A stretch of DNA of 64,000 nucleotides from NCBI GenBank assembly GCA_023382335.1, contig JAMCPM010000002.1:115173-179172 (forward strand). Direction: 5' to 3'. Of the stretch, positions 36,807 through 46,948 are shown piece by piece (position 1 is the stretch's first letter; each line of letters begins with the position of its first letter). The position numbers and the translations under genes were made by a program. The notes under the pieces were generated by a model. It saw only the letters and a program-made list of their open reading frames with translations. It searched no databases and was not told where the DNA came from. This stretch comes from Actinomycetota bacterium. GTDB lineage: Bacteria; Actinomycetota; Thermoleophilia; BMS3ABIN01.

Positions 36807-39026
36807 TCAGGACAGCCCTGTAACCGGACTCGGACCGTTTTCACCTGATTCGAGTATCCCGGAGACACGCATTGCCAGTTTGTGAGCTTCGACCCGGGAC
36901 TGATCCGGCAGCTCCGCCTCTTCGTAGCGCAACCTCTCCACGATCAGTGAAAGCCTGGCGAATTCTGACGTATCCAGACGCCTGGAAACCCGGCGGGCAA
37001 ATTCCCTTAAAGTCTCCTCAGGCCGCCTGATCAATCCCCGCTTTTGCAGGCGCATGGCCAGATCCAGATAATCATGCAGGACTTCCTCGCGCGTGTAGGC
37101 GCTCTCCAGGCTTCCCAGGACCAGCCGGCGCCGGTGGCGCTCGTTGATGAACCGGCGTCCCAGCCGGCGGCTTGCCTCGATCAGCGCTATCGCACCCAGA
37201 ATGACCGCTAATGTCAAAAGCAGCGGCAGCGCCATCGCCAGGCTCACAGCGCCCCGGGCGGCTCCGCCGAAAGCTGAGAACGCGCTTCCGGCAGGTCCGC
37301 TTCCGAGCGCGTCACCCAGATATGAGAAGATCTTGCCGGCCAGCCACGGGCTCTGACTCTGGGCCTTGGCGCCGGGTGTATCGAAACCGGGCGTAGGGTC
37401 GAACGGCACCCAGCCAGCCGCGCCGAAGTTTATCTCGACCCAGGCGTGCGCATCGCTCTGCTTGATCTCCCACAAACCGGTGAAGGGATTAAAAGAGCCG
37501 CCGCTGTATCCGGTGACGACGCGGGCCGGGATGCCGGCGCTACGGGCCATTACCGCCATCGCTGAAGCGAAGTGCTCGCAATAGCCGCGCTTTTCATCGA
37601 AGAGGAAATAGGACACGGCGTCCCCGTCCCTCTGCTGGGGAGGAACGCTGAGGTCATACGTATAGTTGTCCTTGAGATATTTCTGCAGGGCCATCATCTG
37701 GTCGTAGCGGTTCGTGTAAGGCGCAATGATCTCCCTGGCGAGGCGGCTTACCCGATCCATGTCGCCGCCGGCGGGAAGGCTGGTGTACTGCGGCGGCGCC
37801 GGTTGGTCGGCGGCGCGAGGAAAATTGCTCAATAGCGTCGAGGTATAAAGCGGCTGAGCGGAGATCACCGAATAGACGGTCCCCTCGGTCAACTGGAACG
37901 GGCTTCTGAGGCTGCCGAAGGCATCGACCTTGACCTGGTTGGTGGGAAAGTAGAGCTGGTCCGGCTTCCAGGACGCGAAGATGATATTTGGCAGATCGGT
38001 CTCGATATAAAAGCTCTGGATCTTGGAGGTAACCGGCACTACGGGATTTGCGCTCAGATTGAGCATGATCGGAGCGCTTGCGGCGCTGACGTCGCTGCTG
38101 CTGTCGGAGCTCATCTCCCAGCCTTTGCCGTTATAGACATCGAAGACAACGCCGCGGTAGTAGTCATATCCATCGGAGCGGACCTTCATGACGATGTCGT
38201 CAGACAGATTGCCGCGCGATCGCAGGTCCATGTAGGGGTTGAAACCGTAGTATGAATCAGACTTGAACTGTGGCGGCTGGTCAAAGGGATTGCCGCCTGT
38301 CGCGTATGAGGGGTTGATCACCTCCGGGGTGAAGTCGCCAAGGATGCTGTGAAGGTCGGAAGTGGGAAGGGTGTGCAGCCTCGCCTGCGTGCTTTGGGGG
38401 ACGATCAGAAGCAGGGGAACCGCGGTGGCGATGCCTGCCAGCCAGACCAGCGCCCCGTAGGCGGCCACATGGGCGGACCGGTTGCCGAGCACGTGATCCG
38501 CTCTCTGGGATTCTTCGGATATGTGGAAAAAGACCAGCGCCACGACGGCCGTTATCGAAAAGAGCGCCAGGCCGACCATGTAGAGCATGCCCGTCGAGAG
38601 CACCGCTCCGGCGGCTATAAGAGTAAGGCCGCTTGCCAGAGAGAATTTCAGATCCCTACGGGCGGGCAGATCGAATGAGTGCAGCACCTGCAGCCACATC
38701 AGCAGCTTGATCAGTGGCAGACGCGTGTCAAAGAAACTGATGGCCAGCTCCCGGGCGAAAAGCACGGCTACGGCGATGACCATCAGTGAAAGGATCAATT
38801 TGAGCAGCAGGTTGCGGTCCCGCCGGTATTTCCAGCTGCAGGCGAAGCCTGCCACGGTCAGGATTGGGATGCCGACGGCATTGGCGATGCTGTAGAGACC
38901 CATGGCAAGGACGGTCAGCTCCGCGATCAGGATCGCGGCCAGGACGCTGAGTCGCAACCAGGCGCTGTCTTCGGGAGTGCGCGGCGGATTGATTCGTTCG
39001 TATGCTCTTATAAATCCGTTAAACAA
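36807..39026 (-). CDS. transglutaminase-like domain membrane protein (DUF3488 N-terminal TM region + TGase core)
   Basis: Catalytic core EKRGYCEHFASAMAVMARSAGIPARVVTGY ... DAHAWVEI (Cys-His-Asp); multiple N-terminal TM helices. Confidence 0.8.
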   Translation of the reverse strand: MFNGFIRAYERINPPRTPEDSAWLRLSVLAAILIAELTVLAMGLYSIANAVGIPILTVAGFACSWKYRRDRNLLLKLILSLMVIAVAVLFARELAISFFDTRLPLIKLLMWLQVLHSFDLPARRDLKFSLASGLTLIAAGAVLSTGMLYMVGLALFSITAVVALVFFHISEESQRADHVLGNRSAHVAAYGALVWLAGIATAVPLLLIVPQSTQARLHTLPTSDLHSILGDFTPEVINPSYATGGNPFDQPPQFKSDSYYGFNPYMDLRSRGNLSDDIVMKVRSDGYDYYRGVVFDVYNGKGWEMSSDSSSDVSAASAPIMLNLSANPVVPVTSKIQSFYIETDLPNIIFASWKPDQLYFPTNQVKVDAFGSLRSPFQLTEGTVYSVISAQPLYTSTLLSNFPRAADQPAPPQYTSLPAGGDMDRVSRLAREIIAPYTNRYDQMMALQKYLKDNYTYDLSVPPQQRDGDAVSYFLFDEKRGYCEHFASAMAVMARSAGIPARVVTGYSGGSFNPFTGLWEIKQSDAHAWVEINFGAAGWVPFDPTPGFDTPGAKAQSQSPWLAGKIFSYLGDALGSGPAGSAFSAFGGAARGAVSLAMALPLLLTLAVILGAIALIEASRRLGRRFINERHRRRLVLGSLESAYTREEVLHDYLDLAMRLQKRGLIRRPEETLREFARRVSRRLDTSEFARLSLIVERLRYEEAELPDQSRVEAHKLAMRVSGILESGENGPSPVTGLS

Positions 39027-40204
39027 AACGGCACCTCGTCGGGCCCGGTGACGAGCAGGAAGCGGACGCCTATAGTCTCCAGGCGGCCGGTTAACTTCTC
39101 GATGCTTGAGGCGTTCATGAAACGTGACCTCCTGGAATCCCCGAACCTCGAACCATCGAGCATGATGACTATGGAATAAGGAAACGCCTGCAGGAATTGC
39201 GACCTGTCCATGTCGGCATAAGCGCCGTGACTGGTCAGAAGCAGTACGGGAGTCACTTCCGGCCAGGGCAGGCTCCCCAGCGAGAGGTCCATGGGTTTCT
39301 TCGAATCGGCCTGCACTTCAGCCAGCCATCGCATCGCCTCAAGGGAGCTGTTTTCCAGGCCCCTGATCGCTGCGTCGGTGGGAGAGAATCCGATAGCCGA
39401 GCGCCGGTTATTGCTGGATTCACGCTGTGCCAGCGAAGCGGCGATAGTGACTGCGGTCTCGAAAGTGGAAAGAGTGCCTTCGCCCTGCTCGCCATCGGCG
39501 AAGGTGTCAACCAGAAACACCGGTGTGATCGCAGTCTGCCGCGCATATTCAATGACCGCAAGGCTGCCGGTGCGCGCCGCGGTGCGCCAGTGTATCGAAC
39601 GGGGGCTATCGCCGGACCGGTAATCACGGACTCCCAGGTAATCGCTTGCGGTGTTGCGAGTGGGGATGGCGCTGGAGACCATGTAACCCGAATTCTTCTG
39701 TCCCGTCACCCAGTCGCTGGCGAGTTTGTGCCAGTGGGGGAATACCAGCAGCGGCGCCTCGGCTTTGAGCCGCCGGCGCCGGCGGGCAAGGCCAGCCGGC
39801 GCCGCACTCGAAAGACGGACGTCCGCACCGGGAAAGAATCCCCGCCTGGGGTCATCGATTCCTATCTCCACCAGGCGCGATTCTCTGGAGCCTAGTGCTG
39901 GCAGAAACAGCTTCAGCTTCGAGCCGGCATACTTAATATCAATATCGAGAAAAAAACGGGGCAGCAGGGAGGCGTTGCTGATCTCGACCGACACCGGCAG
40001 ATCCTCACCGCTACTGACTGAAGCGGGCGCCCGCAATTCTACGGTCACCCTGCTTATGTTTACCCTGCTGATGATTATCGATGCAATCGGGAGAGCGGCC
40101 AGCAGGAGCGCCAGAATGTAGAGCCAGCCGGAACCTACATTCCAGGCGATCAGGTAGAGGCAGGACGCGCCGATGAGCCAGAAGAGTGTCTTGCGCGTCG
40201 GCAT
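39008..40204 (-). CDS. DUF58 (vWA-like) protein
   Basis: GVRDYRSGDSPRSIHWRTAARTGSLAVIEY DUF58 signature; typical MoxR partner. Confidence 0.75.
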   Translation of the reverse strand: MPTRKTLFWLIGASCLYLIAWNVGSGWLYILALLLAALPIASIIISRVNISRVTVELRAPASVSSGEDLPVSVEISNASLLPRFFLDIDIKYAGSKLKLFLPALGSRESRLVEIGIDDPRRGFFPGADVRLSSAAPAGLARRRRRLKAEAPLLVFPHWHKLASDWVTGQKNSGYMVSSAIPTRNTASDYLGVRDYRSGDSPRSIHWRTAARTGSLAVIEYARQTAITPVFLVDTFADGEQGEGTLSTFETAVTIAASLAQRESSNNRRSAIGFSPTDAAIRGLENSSLEAMRWLAEVQADSKKPMDLSLGSLPWPEVTPVLLLTSHGAYADMDRSQFLQAFPYSIVIMLDGSRFGDSRRSRFMNASSIEKLTGRLETIGVRFLLVTGPDEVPFCLTDL

Positions 40205-40224
40205 GGTACTGGGGGAACGGCAGC

Positions 40225-41316
40225 CTAGACCGGTACGCGGCGTGAAGCGAGGATACCGGAGATGATACCGGCCGCGTCTTCCCCTTTCAGAGATGATTTA
40301 CGCTTAAGGACAATTCGGTGCGCCAGAGCCGGAACAGCCGCGCTCTGCACGTCGTCCGGTATCACGAAAGAACGGCCCTGGGCGAACGCCAGACCCTGGC
40401 AGATGTGAATCAGGGCAACAGCCGCGCGGGGCGAGGCTCCCAAAGAGACATCAGCGTGGTTACGGGTTGCATCGATGATATCGAGCGCATAGCCGAGAAT
40501 GCTGTCGGCGACCCTGATGCCGCGCACGGCGGTCTGCATGGCGATGATCTCGGCAGCGTCCACGGCCGGCTCCAACTTCTCGAGCGGATGCCTTTCAAGC
40601 TGCTGACGCACGAGTGCATGTTCGCTGCGCCGGTCGGGAAGACCGACTGACAACGAGATCAGGAAGCGGTCGGTCTGGCCTTCCGGCAACGGGAACGTCC
40701 CGTGGACTTCGTATGGATTCTGGGTGGCGATGACAAAGAAGGGCTCGGGCATCAGGTGTGTGGTGCAGTCGACCGTCACCTGGTTTTCTTCCATTGCCTC
40801 CAGCAGCGCCGATTGAGTCCTGGGGCTGGTCCGGTTGATCTCATCGGCCAGCACGATGTTGGCAAACAGCGGCCCCGGCGACCAGAAGAAGCGCTCTTCT
40901 TTAGGCGAATAGATGGTGCTGCCGGTGATGTCTGAAGGCAGCAGGTCGGGCGTGAACTGGATGCGGGCAAAGGATGCCGAGATCGAACGGGCGATGCTCT
41001 TGGCCAGTGTGGTCTTGCCGACGCCGGGAATATCCTCGAGGAGGACGTGGCCACGGCCGACAAGCGCCGCCAGCACCATGGTGACCACATCGGATTTGCC
41101 CACGATCACGCGTGAGATGTTCTCGTGAAGTCTGGCGAAAGTAGCGGTCAGTTCCGCGAAAGAACCCAAAGGATCCACTGTCTCTGCGGCGTCTGGCTGT
41201 GATTGGCCGCGCAGATCTCGCGCGAGATTGTCTCCCCACTGATTTTCCGTCATGACCGCCCCAAAATCGAGTGTGCAAACGCCCGGCAAATTCGCCTTAA
41301 GCACGTTCAAGGGCAC
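40225..41316 (-). CDS. MoxR-family AAA+ ATPase
   Basis: Walker A GVGKTTLAKSIARSI, Walker B VLLADEINR, MoxR C-terminal lid. Confidence 0.85.
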   Translation of the reverse strand: MPLNVLKANLPGVCTLDFGAVMTENQWGDNLARDLRGQSQPDAAETVDPLGSFAELTATFARLHENISRVIVGKSDVVTMVLAALVGRGHVLLEDIPGVGKTTLAKSIARSISASFARIQFTPDLLPSDITGSTIYSPKEERFFWSPGPLFANIVLADEINRTSPRTQSALLEAMEENQVTVDCTTHLMPEPFFVIATQNPYEVHGTFPLPEGQTDRFLISLSVGLPDRRSEHALVRQQLERHPLEKLEPAVDAAEIIAMQTAVRGIRVADSILGYALDIIDATRNHADVSLGASPRAAVALIHICQGLAFAQGRSFVIPDDVQSAAVPALAHRIVLKRKSSLKGEDAAGIISGILASRRVPV

Positions 41317-41523
41317 CGGCTAGGTGCTCTAAAACTGCTATCGGAAATGCGGCGGGCGGCCATTAGGAAAGGCCAGGCGGCGCCAGATTCTGGAAATTAG
41401 GCCGTCCGGGTGTTATAAGATGGGCGCAACCGGTCAGAATAGAACTCAGTGAAACCGGGCATACGAAGCTTCATCCGTCCACCTACAGTCGTGGACGTCG
41501 TTTTTGACCAGAGCCCCGAGAGG

Positions 41524-42915
41524 ATGGATATGCTGCTAGACGAGCGCACGGCAAGCAAGGTGCTGGAGGCCGCCCTGGAAGAGGGCGGAGAATTCGCAGA
41601 ACTCTATGCCGAGCGCCGGCGCTCGACATCGCTGAGCCTGGAGGACAGCCGCATCGAGAGCAGCTCCACGGGCCTGGATGCCGGCGTCTCCATCCGCGTC
41701 ACCCGCGGCCGCGACATATCCTTCGTCTCAACCGACAGCATGGAGGAGAGTTCAATGCTGGAAGCGGCGAGACTGGTGGGTGAAGGCCTGGCCGGCGGCA
41801 GCGACGGCTTGAAACAGCTTAAGCTGATCGAGCATCCTTCCCCCCACATGATTGCGATTGCGCCCTCCTCGGTGGCGGCGCGTGAAAAGGCAGATATGCT
41901 CCGCGCCGCTGATGCGGCTGCTCGCGGAGCCGGCAGCGAGATCGTCCAGGCCTCGATCGGCTACAGCGACGAGTTCAGCGAGATCATGATCGCCAATTCC
42001 GAGGGAACCCTGGCGGCGGAATCCCGTACCCGGGTACGGCTCTCGGCGCGCGCCGTGGGCGTCCGCGGTCAGGTCATGCAGACCGGAGCCGACAGTCTGG
42101 GCGCCCATAAAGGCATGGAGCTCTTCAGTGAGCGCGAGCCGGCCGATGTCGGCCTGGTTGCGGCGCAAAAAGCGCTGATAATGCTGGATTCACAGCCTTC
42201 CCCCAGCGGCAAGATGACAGTGGTCATGCATCGCGGCTTCGGCGGCGTCCTCTTCCACGAGGCCTGCGGCCACGGGCTTGAGGCCGACACCATCGAGAAG
42301 GGCTCGAGCGTCTTTACCGGGCGCATGGGTGAGCTGGTCGCCTCGGAGCTGGTGACCCTGGTCGATGACGGCAGCATTCCAGGGGAATGGGGCTCGAACG
42401 CGTTCGATGACGAGGGGGTTCCCACCGGGCGCACTGTGCTGATCGAGAAAGGACGGCTGGCGGGCTTCATGTACGACGGCCTCAGGGCGCGGGCGCTGGG
42501 CGAGAAGTCTACCGGAAACGGGCGGCGCCAGTCTTTCCGGCATCCGCCGATCCCCAGGATGACCAATACTTTCATTTTGGCGGGCGAGCACAAGCCTGAA
42601 GATATTTTTGCCGCCACCGAAAAGGGATTTTACGCCAAGACGCTTGCCGGCGGTCAGGTCGAGCCGGCAACCGGGGATTTTGTTTTCGGCGTCTCGGAAG
42701 GGTACCTGATCGAGAACGGCAGAATCACGACGCCGCTGCGCGGCGCCACCCTGATCGGCAACGGCCTGACGGCGCTTGGCAACATCGACATGATCGCGGA
42801 CGATTTCGAGATGCACATAGGCATCTGCGGCAAGGACGGGCAGGGCGTCCCGGTCGGAAGCGGCCAGCCTACCTTGCGGATCCTTGATATGACCGTCGGC
42901 GGGACTGAGGTTTAA
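41524..42915 (+). CDS. tldD: TldD-family metalloprotease
   Basis: HEACGHGLEAD HExxxH motif in a PmbA_TldD fold. Confidence 0.8.
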   Translation: MDMLLDERTASKVLEAALEEGGEFAELYAERRRSTSLSLEDSRIESSSTGLDAGVSIRVTRGRDISFVSTDSMEESSMLEAARLVGEGLAGGSDGLKQLKLIEHPSPHMIAIAPSSVAAREKADMLRAADAAARGAGSEIVQASIGYSDEFSEIMIANSEGTLAAESRTRVRLSARAVGVRGQVMQTGADSLGAHKGMELFSEREPADVGLVAAQKALIMLDSQPSPSGKMTVVMHRGFGGVLFHEACGHGLEADTIEKGSSVFTGRMGELVASELVTLVDDGSIPGEWGSNAFDDEGVPTGRTVLIEKGRLAGFMYDGLRARALGEKSTGNGRRQSFRHPPIPRMTNTFILAGEHKPEDIFAATEKGFYAKTLAGGQVEPATGDFVFGVSEGYLIENGRITTPLRGATLIGNGLTALGNIDMIADDFEMHIGICGKDGQGVPVGSGQPTLRILDMTVGGTEV

Positions 42916-42958
42916 ATGTGCGGCTTCGCTGGCCGACCGCTTGCAGAAAGGCATTGCC

Positions 42959-44302
42959 ATGCTTGATATAGCCAAAAAAACTCTGGAAATGGCCTCGGCC
43001 GCATCGGTGGACCAGGCTGAAGTGTTCGCCTCCCGGACCCGCTCGACGCGGATCAGGGTCTACCGGCAGCAGGTTGAGGAGCTGGCCAGCTCGACCGGCA
43101 GCGGCGTCGGTGTCCGCGTTTTCCGCGGAGATTCGGTCGGCTACGCCTATACCAGCGATCTCTCTGATGAGAGCCTTGCCGCTATCGTCCGGGCCGCGGC
43201 AGACAATGCCGAGGTGACCGCAGGCGACGAATTCATGGGGCTTCCTGAACCGTCTGATTCATTTCCCGAGCTGGATCTCTATTCCGAAAGGCTGGCCGAA
43301 GTGCCTCTGGCCGCCAAGATCGAGCTGGCAAAACGCATGGAAAAAACGGCGCTGGACCGCGACCCTCGCATCTCACAGGTCGATTCCGCTACATATGCGG
43401 AAGGGGAAGGCCTGGTGGCAATCGCCAATTCTCTCGGTTTTTCACAGCAGTTTGAGGAGAATACCTGTTACGCCTTCCTGCAGGCTATAGCCGAGGCAGA
43501 CGGTCAGATGCAGACGGGTATGTCGTTCACCACGGGAAGGGATCCGGAACAACTCGACATCGATGCCAGCGGCGTCGAAGCCGCGGACCGGGCGCTGTCC
43601 CTGCTGGGCAGCCGGCAATGCGAGAGCATGAGCTGTCCGGTGGTCATGGATCCCTTCGTGACTTCGGGCCTGGTCGGCGTGATCGGCTCGGTGCTGACAG
43701 GAGAAGCCGTGCAAAAACAGCGCTCGATGTTCGCCGGGCTGGAAGGAAAACAGGTCGCCAGCGGCATCTTCAATCTCGTGGATGACGGCATTCACCCGCA
43801 AGGGCTGGCAAGTGCGCCATTTGATGGCGAAGGTGTGCCCTCGCGGCTTACCGGTCTGATAAAAGACGGTATTTTGCAGGGATTTCTATATGACGCCTAC
43901 ACGGCCCGCAAAGACGGGCGGCAGTCTACCGGCAACGGCATGAGAGGCTCGTACCGCAGCCAGCCGCACGTGAGCGCCACCAACCTGCGTCTGACCGGGG
44001 GCGATCGGACGCTGGCGAAGATCATCTCGTCGGTTGACAAGGGGTTCTATGTCATGGATGTCAGCGGTATCCACTCCGGCGCCAACGGAGTGTCGGGTGA
44101 TTTCTCGGTGGGAGCGACGGGCAGGTTGATAAGTGGAGGAGAATTGTCAGACCCGGTCCGCGAAGTCGTCATCGCCGGCAACCTTATGACAATTCTGAAA
44201 GGTATCAAAACGGTCGGTAACGACAACCGTTGGGTCCCGTTCGGCGGCAGCATTCACGCACCGTCCCTTCTCATCGGTGAAATGACCGTTAGCGGAAAAT
44301 GA
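42959..44302 (+). CDS. pmbA: PmbA/TldE-family protein (TldD partner)
   Basis: PmbA_TldD fold without HExxxH; tandem to tldD. Confidence 0.75.
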   Translation: MLDIAKKTLEMASAASVDQAEVFASRTRSTRIRVYRQQVEELASSTGSGVGVRVFRGDSVGYAYTSDLSDESLAAIVRAAADNAEVTAGDEFMGLPEPSDSFPELDLYSERLAEVPLAAKIELAKRMEKTALDRDPRISQVDSATYAEGEGLVAIANSLGFSQQFEENTCYAFLQAIAEADGQMQTGMSFTTGRDPEQLDIDASGVEAADRALSLLGSRQCESMSCPVVMDPFVTSGLVGVIGSVLTGEAVQKQRSMFAGLEGKQVASGIFNLVDDGIHPQGLASAPFDGEGVPSRLTGLIKDGILQGFLYDAYTARKDGRQSTGNGMRGSYRSQPHVSATNLRLTGGDRTLAKIISSVDKGFYVMDVSGIHSGANGVSGDFSVGATGRLISGGELSDPVREVVIAGNLMTILKGIKTVGNDNRWVPFGGSIHAPSLLIGEMTVSGK

Positions 44303-44391
44303 AAAAAAGGCGGTTTTTCGCCTTGCCAAGGGCAATTGCGTCTGATAGTGTCGATAACCGCCAGCTTCTGAAACCCTTAAAACCAGGAGGT

Positions 44392-44670
44392 ATGGAAGTG
44401 GGAAAATCTGAGTTTGTTAGCGCAGTCGCTGCCAAGACCGATCTTAACAAGACGCAGGCAGCTGCCGCCGTTGACGCATTCATCGACGTGGTTACCGAGT
44501 CTTTAAAGAATGGTGAGGAGGTTCAATTCACCGGGTTCGGTAAGTTCAGCGTCCAGAACCGCGCTGCCCGTGAGGGTATCAACCCGCAGACGAAAGAGAA
44601 GATTCAGATCAAGGCCAGCAAGGTGCCAAAGTTCAGCGCCGGCAGCGCCTTGAAGCAGGCGGTAAAGTAG
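44392..44670 (+). CDS. hup: HU/IHF-family nucleoid-associated DNA-binding protein
   Basis: MEVGKSEFVSAVAAKTDLNKTQAAAAVDAFIDVVTESLKNGEEVQFTGFGKFSV...; AGGAGG RBS. Confidence 0.85.
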   Translation: MEVGKSEFVSAVAAKTDLNKTQAAAAVDAFIDVVTESLKNGEEVQFTGFGKFSVQNRAAREGINPQTKEKIQIKASKVPKFSAGSALKQAVK

Positions 44671-44715
44671 TAGTATTTCCGCCGCGTTAAGCAGCAACTG
44701 ATAATCTGAACTGAC

Positions 44716-44754
44716 GGGGCGCGGGCTCGAAAGAGCCCGCGCCCCTTGTTATTG
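44716..44754 (+). terminator. rho-independent terminator after hup
   Basis: 13-bp GC stem GGGGCGCGGGCTC-gaaa-GAGCCCGCGCCCC followed by TTGTTATTG. Confidence 0.8.
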
Positions 44755-45133
44755 AAAAAAACAGGGCTCTGCCCGGCGTTCCTTCGCAGCTCGCCTGCAT
44801 GCTCCCGCGCCTTCTTCCTCCCAAAACAGCCGTGGCGCCGATCCGGCTCATAGTTTAAAACCGCAGTTGGCAGGACAAAAGCAGCCAACGGCAAAATCTA
44901 CTGCGAGGTAGGAGCTTGAAGTAATGGCATGCAATCCAAACATCATCGGGACCATGGGGCTGGCCGCGGCCGGGCGGGCAATCCCTGCCGGTTGCCGCGA
45001 TTCGAGATCCCCGGAGGCGGCCGCGGGCGCACGCAGGGCCGGCGCTTCTTCAGCCCGTAGGAGGGCCGGCGCTTCTTCAGCCGTCGGCGCCATATCAGTT
45101 TCCTGGGGCCCGGTGCCGCGCCGGGAGCAAGCT

Positions 45134-45547
45134 GTGTTCGAACTGCCGGTCCTGGGGCTGCTGCTGCTGGTCTTCTCGGTTTCCATCCTGCTTACTCCCG
45201 ATCTCCAAATCAGAGGGACTTCCTTGAGCGTGCCGCTGGCATATGGCTGTCCGCTTTTCACCCTGATGGGCATTCCCTGCCTCCTCTGCGGCATGACCAG
45301 ATCGTTCCTGGCGATGGGCGGCCTGGATCTCGGTGGAGCTTTCACCTTCCATCCGCTGGGGCCAATGGTTTTCATCGCGCTGGCCGGCCTGGCGGCGGCC
45401 ATATCCTGGTCGCTGGCCCGGGGCAGGCGGATAAAGATTTCAATCGATCGGCAAACGCGTGGCCGCTTGATAACCACCGGAGCCCTGGTGCTGCTGATTG
45501 CCTGGGCCGTCAAGCTTATCGTCTGGCGCCGGACAGGGCTGATCTGA
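45134..45547 (+). CDS. DUF2752 family membrane protein
   Basis: CPLFTLMGIPCLLCGMTRSF matches the DUF2752 CPxCGxTR motif. Start placed at in-frame GTG 45134; upstream part of the tool ORF is Arg/Ala-rich, probably non-coding. Confidence 0.5.
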   Translation: MFELPVLGLLLLVFSVSILLTPDLQIRGTSLSVPLAYGCPLFTLMGIPCLLCGMTRSFLAMGGLDLGGAFTFHPLGPMVFIALAGLAAAISWSLARGRRIKISIDRQTRGRLITTGALVLLIAWAVKLIVWRRTGLI

Positions 45548-45629
45548 TGGCGCCGGACAGGATGATTGATGGCGCCGGCATAAGCGATCGCCGGCGTTTT
45601 CCCGCATGAAAATCTGAACAGGAGGAGCA

Positions 45630-46283
45630 ATGGACAGCATCAATTACCTGGAAGCGGACGTTCGCCAACGGAACATGACCGACTGGCAGACGGCTTTCTG
45701 GCCGACCTTCTTCCTGTCGATCATCACCTGCGGCATCTACTGGTTCTATGTCCTTTACAAGCTCCTGGAAAGGCGCGAGCAGCATTTTGAACGGATGGTG
45801 TCTTTCCGCACGCATCTCCTTGACGTGCTCAAGGAGAAGGCCGCTGCGGCCGGAAGGGCCGATGAGATGCAGGCTGACATCAATGAGCTGGAAGGAATGA
45901 ACCTCGACGCCACCAACCGAGATCGCGCCGGCGAGAAATCACCGGTCCTTTGGCTGGTTTTGAGCATCGTCATCGGCGTCGTCGTCTATTACGTCTATTA
46001 CTTCCTCAATGATGATTTCCGGGCTCATGAAGCCAGTGAACACGATTTCATGCTCAAGGCCAGCGAGGTCATGAACAAGCTCGGGATCTCGACAGGGCAG
46101 GTAATGACTCCCGTGGTCGTGCCTGAGCGCAATTTCGTCAAATATCTGATCCTGACGATCATCACCTGCGGAATTTATGGGATCTACTGGATCTATACAC
46201 TGATAACCGATCCGAACTATCACTTCGACAACCATGCGGTCTGGGAGCAGCAGGTGATGTCGATGGTGCAGCCGTCAAAATGA
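45630..46283 (+). CDS. membrane protein with two DUF4234-like repeats
   Basis: Repeated motif ITCGIYWFYVLYKL / ITCGIYGIYWIYTLI at the start of each half, each followed by a TM segment. Confidence 0.5.
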   Translation: MDSINYLEADVRQRNMTDWQTAFWPTFFLSIITCGIYWFYVLYKLLERREQHFERMVSFRTHLLDVLKEKAAAAGRADEMQADINELEGMNLDATNRDRAGEKSPVLWLVLSIVIGVVVYYVYYFLNDDFRAHEASEHDFMLKASEVMNKLGISTGQVMTPVVVPERNFVKYLILTIITCGIYGIYWIYTLITDPNYHFDNHAVWEQQVMSMVQPSK

Positions 46284-46547
46284 CGGATTACGAGTGTCGG
46301 CATCGTTGCCGTCGCGATCAATTTCCTCTCGACCGCGTACCTGATCTCGACGGGCGGGGGTTTCCTTCGACGCGGGCTCCGGCTGACCGGATTCCCCGGA
46401 TAACTTAATTTACACACAAGTCCTGATCATGGTTCAAATGCTGCGCGACTCCAGTAATTGCAGGTCTCGCTTCGGCATTGTCGAAATAGTGACGGCATCG
46501 CTAATCCAAACGGTGACAATCCGGCAAAGACAGAGGGGGAATAGCTC

Positions 46548-46892
46548 GTGAATAAATCCAAGGTAAATGATTTTTTAACTTTTAGAACGATGATAACTCC
46601 TGTGTTAATACAGATCATCTTTTTCCTCGGCGTCCTGGCAATCGTTATCTTTGGCATTTATGAGATCGTCACCGGATCAGGCAAGCGCAATGGCGGCGAT
46701 ATGGTCTGGAGCGGCATCTTGACGATCATTCTGGGGCCACTCGCTCTACGTTTTTATCTCGAGGTAATTGTCGTCGTTTTCAGCATCAACCGATCGGTCA
46801 CAGAGATAAAGAGGAATACGGATATTATGGCCGGCCCGCAGCTTCCACCTGCTGCTGCTCCGGTGATCGAGGGTCCTGTCACGCAAACCTAG
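46548..46892 (+). CDS. DUF4282 family small membrane protein
   Basis: DFLTFRTMITPVLIQIIFFLGVLAIV matches the DUF4282 N-terminal signature; GTG start with GAGGGGG RBS. Confidence 0.6.
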   Translation: MNKSKVNDFLTFRTMITPVLIQIIFFLGVLAIVIFGIYEIVTGSGKRNGGDMVWSGILTIILGPLALRFYLEVIVVVFSINRSVTEIKRNTDIMAGPQLPPAAAPVIEGPVTQT

Positions 46893-46948
46893 ACTCAACG
46901 ATTGCCGCGCGATATTTTCATTGCGGCCGATGTGTTAGAATCACCCGC

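Noticed and set aside
44848-45630. 260-aa minus-strand ORF overlapping the DUF2752 gene
   Set aside because: Arg/Pro/Ala/Ser-rich translation typical of an antisense frame in high-GC DNA with no domain signal. The plus-strand frame carries the specific CPxCGxTR DUF2752 motif.
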